Shown here in pieces: positions 19,110 to 28,365 of a DNA stretch of 42,314 bases. Numbering within the stretch: the stretch's first letter is position 1; the number at the start of each line of letters is the position of its first letter. The notes beneath the pieces are model-generated. The model did not search any database and was not told the origin of the DNA. It worked only from the letters and a program-made list of their open reading frames with translations. This DNA is from Candidatus Halarchaeoplasma halalkaliphilum (GTDB lineage Archaea > Thermoplasmatota > Thermoplasmata > Halarchaeoplasmatales > Halarchaeoplasmataceae), in contig SLLU01000038.1 in NCBI GenBank assembly GCA_007133925.1, positions 1 through 42,314 on the forward strand, given 5' to 3'. The position numbers were made by a program, and so were the translations under genes.

Positions 19110-19709
19110 TTGAATAGATCGGATTCAATCATCATAAAGGAAAATGAGAGGGTGTATTCACCCGACGATGATACTCATCTACTACTTGATGTGGTCGATG
19201 TGGATGAGGGGGAGGATGTATTGGAGATCGGATGCGGCACGGGGATCATATCACTACATTGTGCAAAGCAAGGTGCCAATGTGACCGCGGTTGACCTGAA
19301 TGAGGAAGCGGTGCGGCTCACGAAGTTGAACGCCGAGCTCAACGATATAACTCTCACGGACGTGCGCTGGAGTGATATGTTCCTGAATATCGAAGGTTTG
19401 TGGGATGTGATCCTTTTCAACCCACCCTATTTACCCGCCATCAAAGGTGAGCCTCTGGATCCCAGATGGGACGGTGGGGAATTGGGGGACGAGACCGTCG
19501 TCAGATTTCTTGAAGAGGCATTTTCCCGCCTCCGTCCCGGAGGACGGGTCTATTTTTGCTGTTCTGACAGAGCGCCCCTTACCAGGATATTCAATACCGT
19601 GGAAATGGGATACGTCATGGTTGAGCAACGGGAAAAGACCTTTGACTTCGAAACCATATACGCTTTTTCCCTGGTAGCCGCGAACACACCCCAAACGGGT
19701 CTCTTTTGA
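19110..19709 (+). CDS. HemK-related N5-glutamine methyltransferase (archaeal Mtq2-like)
   Basis: Motif I VLEIGCGTGIIS; VTAVDLN; catalytic NPPY motif (ILFNPPYLP). About 200 aa, like the archaeal HemK-related family. TTG start 3 nt after the upstream stop. Confidence 0.75.
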   Translation: MNRSDSIIIKENERVYSPDDDTHLLLDVVDVDEGEDVLEIGCGTGIISLHCAKQGANVTAVDLNEEAVRLTKLNAELNDITLTDVRWSDMFLNIEGLWDVILFNPPYLPAIKGEPLDPRWDGGELGDETVVRFLEEAFSRLRPGGRVYFCCSDRAPLTRIFNTVEMGYVMVEQREKTFDFETIYAFSLVAANTPQTGLF

Positions 19710-19734
19710 GAAGAGGGTAAACAAATAAATATAT

Positions 19735-20235
19735 GTGATGAGATTGGTTGTAATGCAACGAAATATATTCGCTGCGGGCTTTGTGATCTTCATCCTAGGT
19801 CTATTTCTGGTCCTTGCTTTCTGGCCTATCTTTGCCACATCTGCGGGTACGCTGTATGAAGACCGTTCGGGGCTGGTGTACCAGTCTTACGATAGGGGAG
19901 ATAAGGTCACCACCCACGGTACAATCACAAATATATCGACCACTGGTTTCCCCGGATGGATGGAAGACATGGGATTCAGGAACGTGGTTTACGTGGAGGT
20001 GGATGACGGCTTCGCCTTCCTGATCCCGGATCGAACGGAGATCAAATTCTCGGAAGGAGATCAGATCTACGCCCGTTTGACCTTGGTAGAAGAAAGCCTT
20101 GTCCTAGGTTGGGGTAGGATACAGTACTGGGAACTGTCCGGAACCATGGGTAACAAACAGATGGTGAACCTTGTATTCTTCATCACATTGGCCCTGGGAG
20201 CAGTGATCACCGTAGCCGGTGCGGTCAAGGATTGA
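19735..20235 (+). CDS. Hypothetical membrane protein (N- and C-terminal TM helices)
   Basis: TM segments FAAGFVIFILGLFLVLAFWPIF and VNLVFFITLALGAVITVAGAV flank a roughly 100-aa soluble part. No family recognised. Confidence 0.55.
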   Translation: MMRLVVMQRNIFAAGFVIFILGLFLVLAFWPIFATSAGTLYEDRSGLVYQSYDRGDKVTTHGTITNISTTGFPGWMEDMGFRNVVYVEVDDGFAFLIPDRTEIKFSEGDQIYARLTLVEESLVLGWGRIQYWELSGTMGNKQMVNLVFFITLALGAVITVAGAVKD

Positions 20236-20278
20236 CAAGCCGCAAAATACAATTATACCCGTTCAGATTGTCCATGAG

Positions 20279-21661
20279 ATGGTAACCACCATGAATACTA
20301 TGGATTGGACTGAGAAGTACCGACCGGATACCCTCGAAGATGTTGCGGGGAACAGCGACGCAAAAAAAAGACTGGTGAGGTGGGCAAACCAGTGGAGCAG
20401 CGGAAAGCCAAAGAGAAAGGCGGTCATACTTGCGGGAAAGGCCGGGATAGGGAAGACTTCCGCGGCCCTGGCCCTGGCAAACGATATGGGTTGGGACGTG
20501 ATAGAGATGAACGCCTCGGATCAGAGGAACAGGGAGGCCATCCAGAACATAGTGGGCAGAAGTGCCGTGGACGACACATTCTCTTCTGACGGTGATTTCA
20601 TACCCTACAGGGAAGGAAAACGAACACTCATCATACTTGACGAGGCCGACAATATATTCGGTAAGGAGGATTTCGGAGGTGTTCAGGAGATCGCAAAGGT
20701 GATAGATCAAACCGAGCAACCCATACTACTCATAGCCAATGATTATTATTCATTACAAAGACGTTCCAGATATCTCAGTGATAAACTGGAGAAGATAGAA
20801 TTCAAGCCCCTGGATCAAAGCTCCATAGCCCTGCTCCTCAGAGATATCTGCAAAAATGAGAACATGGGATACGATTCCGAGGCCCTTATGACCCTTGCCA
20901 AACGATCCGACGGAGATGTGAGGTCCGCAGTAAGGGACCTACAGAGCATAGCTACGGGGAAAGAACACATAGAGCTGGAGGACCTTGACGTCCTGGGTCA
21001 TCGAAACAGGGAGGAAGAGATATTCCCGAGCCTCAGGATAATACTTCAGGGAACGGATCCTCACACATCCAGGGAGACCCTTTCCCAGTTGGACGAAGAA
21101 CCCCGGAACCTGATCACGTGGATAGACGAGAATCTGCCCAGGGAATACACGGACAGAAAGGAGTTGATAAGAGGTTTCGATAGTCTGTCCAAAGCCGATG
21201 TTTATCTAGGCAGGGTTTACCGAACTCAGTATTACCGCTTCTGGGCATACTCCAATGATTTCATGAGTGCCGGGGTCAGCCTGGCCAAAGAACATACTCA
21301 CACTGGATTCAACAGGTATGCCTTCCCCACATGGATCAAAAAGATGACCAGATCCAAGGTAGACCGGAAGACCAGATCGGATCTATCCAAAAAGATCGCT
21401 GTACACACCCATACCACAACGAACAGGGTAATGGAGGACATCTATCCATTCTTCAGATACCTCTTCAACAACGATCCGAGATTCAGGCATTCAATGGTAA
21501 ATAAACTGGATTTGAGCAGAACCCAGGCAGCTTTTCTGATGGGTACCGACGCAGGATCGAAAGAGGTGATCAAGCTGTATATGAAAGAACCCGTGGTGGA
21601 AACGAAGGTGGAAGAGAAAAAAGTTGAGAAAAAGAATCAAAGATCCCTGTTGGAGTTCTGA
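20279..21661 (+). CDS. rfcL: Replication factor C large subunit
   Basis: WTEKYRP..LEDVAGN box; Walker A GKAGIGKTS; Walker B ILDEADN; SRC-like SDGDVRSAVRDLQ; basic/acidic C-terminal tail. Start ambiguous among ATG 20279, 20291 and 20300 (MDWTEKYRP); the ORF track starts at GTG 20219. Confidence 0.9.
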   Translation: MVTTMNTMDWTEKYRPDTLEDVAGNSDAKKRLVRWANQWSSGKPKRKAVILAGKAGIGKTSAALALANDMGWDVIEMNASDQRNREAIQNIVGRSAVDDTFSSDGDFIPYREGKRTLIILDEADNIFGKEDFGGVQEIAKVIDQTEQPILLIANDYYSLQRRSRYLSDKLEKIEFKPLDQSSIALLLRDICKNENMGYDSEALMTLAKRSDGDVRSAVRDLQSIATGKEHIELEDLDVLGHRNREEEIFPSLRIILQGTDPHTSRETLSQLDEEPRNLITWIDENLPREYTDRKELIRGFDSLSKADVYLGRVYRTQYYRFWAYSNDFMSAGVSLAKEHTHTGFNRYAFPTWIKKMTRSKVDRKTRSDLSKKIAVHTHTTTNRVMEDIYPFFRYLFNNDPRFRHSMVNKLDLSRTQAAFLMGTDAGSKEVIKLYMKEPVVETKVEEKKVEKKNQRSLLEF

Positions 21662-21663
21662 TC

Positions 21664-22587
21664 ATGCTTGGAAGTAAGAAGGAGATCCTGAAGAAGCACG
21701 GATACGTTCTGACCGGTGATGAATCCGCCGTAAAACTATGCCACTGGGTAAGAGAGAAGCTGATATCAGGTAGATCTTGCTACAAGGAAGATTTCTACGG
21801 TATAGAGTGCCACCGCTGCCTTCAGATGTCACCGGCGGTGGATGTGTGCAATCACACCTGCCTGTTCTGCTGGAGATACCAGGATTATGCGGTCAGGGAT
21901 GAGAATATCTCATACGATCTCCCGGAAAACATAGTGGAGAAGAGCATTGAAGCTCAGAGGGAACTGGTCAGCGGTTTCAGGGGTGACCACAGATGCAGCG
22001 AGTCCATGTGGCAGGAAGCTAGGGAGCCGAATCAGGTGGCCATAAGCCTAGCTGGAGAGCCTGCCATGTACCCTTACCTTGGGGATCTCATAGAGGAATA
22101 CACAAAAAGAAACATGACAACATTCCTCGTGACCAACGGAAGTCTTCCCCGGGTACTGGAAGAACTGGATACCCTCCCAACACAGCTGTACGTGACCCTG
22201 GCTGCGCCCAACGAAACAATCTACAAACGTCTCTGCGTACCAAAGGACGGCGCATCCTGGGATGATCTGAAAAAGACCTTGAGCATACTTCCGTCCCTGG
22301 ATACCAGGACCGTGATAAGACATACCCTGGTGAAGGGTTGGAATCTGGGATGGGAAAGAGAATACGCCCAACTCGTAAGGACCGGCGACCCGGATTTCGT
22401 GGAGGCGAAGGGGTACGTTTTCGTGGGAGATTCCAGGAGAAGGATGAACCTGGATAACATGCCCTCTTACGATACCATAAAATCCTTCGGTGAGAGGGAG
22501 GCCGAACTTCTGGGCATGTCACTTCTCAAGGAGAAAAGGGACAGTCGTGTGATACTGCTCGGTAACCAGGAAGCGGGGCTGAAGTGA
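21664..22587 (+). CDS. taw1: tRNA 4-demethylwyosine synthase Taw1/TYW1 (radical SAM)
   Basis: Radical-SAM cluster CNHTCLFCW. There are additional N-terminal Cys residues (C..C..C) for the auxiliary cluster. The length of about 307 aa and the GEP..YP motif fit archaeal Taw1. Confidence 0.88.
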   Translation: MLGSKKEILKKHGYVLTGDESAVKLCHWVREKLISGRSCYKEDFYGIECHRCLQMSPAVDVCNHTCLFCWRYQDYAVRDENISYDLPENIVEKSIEAQRELVSGFRGDHRCSESMWQEAREPNQVAISLAGEPAMYPYLGDLIEEYTKRNMTTFLVTNGSLPRVLEELDTLPTQLYVTLAAPNETIYKRLCVPKDGASWDDLKKTLSILPSLDTRTVIRHTLVKGWNLGWEREYAQLVRTGDPDFVEAKGYVFVGDSRRRMNLDNMPSYDTIKSFGEREAELLGMSLLKEKRDSRVILLGNQEAGLK

Positions 22588-22594
22588 TCCGGAA

Positions 22595-24025
<1,431 letters not shown>

Positions 24026-24317
24026 TTAGAAGACGAAAATGTATTATTTGGGTAGAAAAATCAAGATATGTAACCACTTTTAACAAACCTAACTGAGTAT
24101 CATCAATAGATGAGTGAAAAAGCAGGTACCAGTAGTATGAAGAAAAAAGGGTGGGAAAGGGTTTGTTTATGGAGTTTATGCGGCAATTTTTTTCTCTGAA
24201 TGGGCAGAATTTGGGAAACGGAGGAAGAAAACAATATAATAGTTGGACACAGGTAAGCAACAATACGACCACTGCGGTACACTCTAAGTAGGCCGAGGGC
24301 TAGGTAGTCCTTTCAGT

Positions 24318-24330
24318 AAAGTTATAAAAG
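24318..24330 (+). promoter_or_regulatory. TATA-like element (AAAGTTATAAAAG)
   Basis: About 46 nt upstream of the ATG at 24376. Confidence 0.3.
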
Positions 24331-24375
24331 AGGTTGTAGATATCCAGTACCTATGCGAGACCGGGAGTTACGGAC

Positions 24376-25182
24376 ATGAAATGCATCTTCGTCTCTGACC
24401 TTCACGGTTATCCGGGCAGATATGAGGCACTGTATGATCTGGTGTCACGAGAAGAGCCTGATGCCGTGTTCATGGGGGGAGACCTGCTTCCGGTTAAAGA
24501 TGTGGCGAATTTCTTCCAGGAATACATCTCCCGAAGAACGAAAGCATTTCCCACCCGATTCTTCGCCATCATGGGTAACGACGACCCCAGAGGCTACGAA
24601 CCTTTATTCGTAGAGGCAGACGGGAGGGGAGATCTGGAATACATACACATGCGTCCAAAGATATTGGGAGATCTATGGGTCATCGGTTACTCCTACGTAC
24701 CCCCTACGCCCTTCATGCTCAAGGATTGGGAACGGTACGATGTATCCCGGTATGTTGACGTGGGCTGCATACATCCGGATGAAGGGATAAGAACAGTAGA
24801 ACAGGAGGATGACGGGCTCAAAACCATAAAGGAGGACCTGGAAGAAATATCCCTACTGACACCGCCGGAGAGTACCATATACCTGTTCCACTCACCACCC
24901 TACGGGACCTCACTGGATCTAACAGGTAACACGGGCATTTTGGTGGATCACGCGCCGGTGGATACCCATGTGGGAAGCATATCCATCAAAAATTTCATCG
25001 AGGAACGGAAGCCCCTTTTAACCCTCCACGGACACATACACGAATCAGCCCTACTCACGGGTTCTTGGAAAGAAAGGATAGGGGAAACGTACGCCCTGTC
25101 CGCCGCCCATAACGGACCTGAATTGGCCGTAGTGTGCTTTGATACGGAGCGTCGGGACAGGGCAACCCGCATGCTGTTATAG
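24376..25182 (+). CDS. Calcineurin-like metallophosphoesterase
   Basis: Motifs in the canonical order: DLHG, GGDL, GNDD, HSPP, GHIHE. Confidence 0.8.
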   Translation: MKCIFVSDLHGYPGRYEALYDLVSREEPDAVFMGGDLLPVKDVANFFQEYISRRTKAFPTRFFAIMGNDDPRGYEPLFVEADGRGDLEYIHMRPKILGDLWVIGYSYVPPTPFMLKDWERYDVSRYVDVGCIHPDEGIRTVEQEDDGLKTIKEDLEEISLLTPPESTIYLFHSPPYGTSLDLTGNTGILVDHAPVDTHVGSISIKNFIEERKPLLTLHGHIHESALLTGSWKERIGETYALSAAHNGPELAVVCFDTERRDRATRMLL

Positions 25183-25188
25183 ATGTCT

Positions 25189-28100
25189 TCACTCCAGGGG
25201 GATCTTCCTAGCGGAATTGTATGGTGAATCGATGTGGCACGCCCACGAGGTCCTGTTCTTTATATCCGCATCGGTTACCAGGTGCACATCCAATAACTGG
25301 TCCACATGTTGTCCCGTCCGGTGCATGTTCTCTTGTTCGAAGACCCTGCCCTTTTTGTCCAACCAGTCCAGCAGGGCCTCCTTGCGTTCCCGGTCATCGT
25401 CTATGTGTATGATCAAATCGATATCACTGCGGGGACCTGCGGTGGCCTCCTTTGTGCTCCCGATGACATACAGACCTTTGACCTTGAAAAAATCTGCATC
25501 CATTTCCCTGGCCAACTCTTTTACCTTTTCCATGCGCCATGCCCAGTGATCCGGGGGTTTCAGGTAAGCCATGGCTTGATTGGAATCCCCATCCATCACC
25601 ACCTCCAGAGTACCATCCTTGATGAGATCGGTGACCCTCAACACCCTAACCACATCCTCCATGTGCTTCCAGTCCGGCAGCAGTTCTTCCAGTCGGTTCG
25701 GAGATGCTAATAAGATATCCTCATTGTAAACGTTATCTTCCTCATGGGGATACAGAGGCAGATAGTTTATTTCGGCCTCAACAAGATCTTGGAAAAAGTG
25801 GGTTCCGAAAGACAGTTCGGGTAGGTAATCCCCTTTCTCCATGCCCACCTCTATGAGCATGGAGGTATTGTTGATATCTCTGTAATTAACGGGCACCCCC
25901 AACTTTATATCGCCCCTGCTACCCCACCTTCCCGGGCCCATCAATATGAATCTTCTTCGAGGTAAAAGGGAGTTCAGGTCGCTCACCACTCTGGCCACGG
26001 ACCTCATATCCTCAACACTTTCCAACTCCTCGTATGTTTCCGGGACCACATAAACTATGTACTCTATGTTCTCCACAAAACCGGTGGTCACATACTTATT
26101 GGCCGAGAATAATTTTCTTTTATCGGGTACGTCCTTGGGTATGGGCCTTCTCTCGGTCTCCCGGGATTGGCTTTGGGGGCGGCATTGAAGAAGATAAAGG
26201 CGCTCTCCATCGGAGGCGAATTCCACGTCCACGGGAGTGTCCATCTTCTGCTCCAGCAAGTTCATTATCTGGCGCATGGTATCCAGGAACCTTTTGTCTT
26301 TCAGTAGTCCTGAAAATGTTATGATACAATCTTCCTTGGAAAGGTCGGATAATGGTGAAGGGAGTTTCAACTGTTCCCCATCAAAAACGGATATCATCTT
26401 GTTTATCAGAGGAAATTCATCACCGTAGGTCTCGATCATTTGGCTCACCTTCACGGTTTCTATGATACCCCGATCCAGATTGATCACGTCCATGTATCTT
26501 TGGGAATACCTTATCCTCTCATCCAGCAAGGTGTTCACTCTCAACTCAGGCCTGTTGGGAGATATAAGCATGGGATAATCGTCTCCAACCCTATCCACCG
26601 CTCGGGTTCCCAGTCCCGCCACCAACCGTATAATCCCATCCCGTCTCCTGATACGGGGTGACCATCTGAACTCGTTCCTGCTGAAACCCACACCACCGTA
26701 TGCGGGAAAATAGTATGGCCCTATCTGTTTTCCCACTACCTCTTGTACCAGGATACCCATCTCCTCGTTGACGTCCAGCAAACCTCGTTCACGCCGGTAC
26801 TCGATGGGATCGGAACCCATGGTCGAAGCGTAAACCTCGGCTATGGCATTCATCAGTGCGTTCAGCCTTTCCTCATCACTACCGGTATTTGCAAGGAAAA
26901 GGCTTTTGTACTTTCCGGAAAAGGCCGCCCCGAAACTGTCCTCCAGGAGACTTGAGGAACGAACGATTATGGGTTTGCCCTTGGTATCCGCAAGTATCCT
27001 ACGAAGACCTTCGACTATCTCTGCAGTGAATACGGAATTCTTGAATATCTGCTCAAGGAACGGTTGTTCCTGCCGGATCTCCTCCGGTTCCAGATACTTG
27101 ATGTGTATCACCTCATCCAGGTCGTTGTACTGTATGATATCCATCATGGTATCCGAGGTTATGTACCAACTTTTTGGGAATGACACAAAATCCAACAGTT
27201 CCTTTTTCTCGCTTTCGATTATCTTCCTGGCAAGAAATATCCCCGAGGACTTACCACCCAGCTTCCCTGCACCCTGGGCCGGACCCACTATGTGGGTCAG
27301 AAGAGGAAGGAAATCCTCCACGGTTATGTACTTCTTTGAGATATTGATGAACTCCAATCTATCGGTGAAGAACCTCTTTGTGAGAGAGGTGCAAATACTC
27401 ATGCGGTCCTCAGGTGCGAGAACCCCCTGGTCACCGGTTGTCTCGAAGAAACGGTTAAGCTCATCGGTTATCTCCACCAAAGGTATCCCCACCCTCTGAG
27501 ATGATAGGAGTAAAGGGCGAGCCTTGTCTTCCCTCAACCAGCGATGAAAAAGATTCGAGAGTTCGTCGGGAGGTATATACTCCCGGGCCATGTCGAAAAC
27601 ATTCTGCTGGACCATCTTCAGGGACTCCATGTCCTGTCGGGGGTTGGGCATGTTTATACCGCACCATTGGGATTCTCCGGGTGAACTTGGGATCGTGCAT
27701 ACCTTGCTGAGAAGCGCATCTATTTTTTTGTTATGGGTTCTGTAGAGATGATAGACCATCCTTCGTGTCAGTCTCAACATGGTCCTGGGATCAGTCTTCA
27801 TGAGGAGATCGATTATCACCTCCCAATCTTGTTTCCCACCCAGACCGTCGGGGGAACGGGTTTCCCCGGAGATACCACCGTTACGCTGGATCCTCAATTC
27901 CTCCCTTACATTCTTCTCTTCGATGAACTTGCTCAGCAATTCGGCTATGGCATTCAAAAGGCGTTTTTCATCCTTAAGGAAAGGACCTAGGTCTGCCGGA
28001 GGTCTATCTTCAAGATAGCCTACCTCAACCCGGCCTAAGATCTCATCGGACAGAACGATATCGGATCCCAGTGTCCAGGGTGTTTCTTTGTGATTTTCAC

Positions 28101-28329
28101 TGGAGAATTCTTGGCCGTTGATCACTATTCTGGCATAGGCCACATCGTCGTGTTTCATGGCCGGTGGTAACAGTTCTATTATATCTTCCAGAGCCTTTTC
28201 AAGAGATATGTGATTATTCTTGACTATCCCGGATATCCCGTATAGACAGTTGAGCTCCTTCACCCTCTCTTTCAGTTCCTCCTCCCGATTCCTGGGTGTT
28301 CTTTCCGGTTCAGATCCATCTTGGCTCAT
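25189..28329 (-). CDS. Multidomain protein: N-terminal GAF-like sensor module, PPDK_N-type (PEP/pyruvate-binding) ATP-grasp, GPGRWG/GTHFF module, C-terminal Pol-beta-type nucleotidyltransferase
   Basis: ELNCLYGIS sensor-type motif. ATP-grasp motifs GAGKLGGKSSG, IIVRSSSLLEDSFGAAFSGKY, MGILVQEVV, VDVEFA, LLQCRP. Then ILMGPGRWGS...FGTHFFQDL. Then an NTase signature GSTKEATAGPRSDIDLIIH. The ATG at 28329 is preceded by GGAG; an alternative GTG at 28365 abuts the upstream stop. Confidence 0.8.
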   Translation of the reverse strand: MSQDGSEPERTPRNREEELKERVKELNCLYGISGIVKNNHISLEKALEDIIELLPPAMKHDDVAYARIVINGQEFSSENHKETPWTLGSDIVLSDEILGRVEVGYLEDRPPADLGPFLKDEKRLLNAIAELLSKFIEEKNVREELRIQRNGGISGETRSPDGLGGKQDWEVIIDLLMKTDPRTMLRLTRRMVYHLYRTHNKKIDALLSKVCTIPSSPGESQWCGINMPNPRQDMESLKMVQQNVFDMAREYIPPDELSNLFHRWLREDKARPLLLSSQRVGIPLVEITDELNRFFETTGDQGVLAPEDRMSICTSLTKRFFTDRLEFINISKKYITVEDFLPLLTHIVGPAQGAGKLGGKSSGIFLARKIIESEKKELLDFVSFPKSWYITSDTMMDIIQYNDLDEVIHIKYLEPEEIRQEQPFLEQIFKNSVFTAEIVEGLRRILADTKGKPIIVRSSSLLEDSFGAAFSGKYKSLFLANTGSDEERLNALMNAIAEVYASTMGSDPIEYRRERGLLDVNEEMGILVQEVVGKQIGPYYFPAYGGVGFSRNEFRWSPRIRRRDGIIRLVAGLGTRAVDRVGDDYPMLISPNRPELRVNTLLDERIRYSQRYMDVINLDRGIIETVKVSQMIETYGDEFPLINKMISVFDGEQLKLPSPLSDLSKEDCIITFSGLLKDKRFLDTMRQIMNLLEQKMDTPVDVEFASDGERLYLLQCRPQSQSRETERRPIPKDVPDKRKLFSANKYVTTGFVENIEYIVYVVPETYEELESVEDMRSVARVVSDLNSLLPRRRFILMGPGRWGSRGDIKLGVPVNYRDINNTSMLIEVGMEKGDYLPELSFGTHFFQDLVEAEINYLPLYPHEEDNVYNEDILLASPNRLEELLPDWKHMEDVVRVLRVTDLIKDGTLEVVMDGDSNQAMAYLKPPDHWAWRMEKVKELAREMDADFFKVKGLYVIGSTKEATAGPRSDIDLIIHIDDDRERKEALLDWLDKKGRVFEQENMHRTGQHVDQLLDVHLVTDADIKNRTSWACHIDSPYNSARKIPLE

Positions 28330-28365
28330 GGTCGATCTCCAGTGTATGGGTCCATAGTCCGCCAC

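Noticed and set aside
24105-24215. C/D-box sRNA candidate (ATGAGTGA ... ATGAAGA ... CTGA).
   Set aside because: The boxes are degenerate, the spacing (about 95 nt) is far from the canonical 12-nt guide architecture, and there is no terminal stem.
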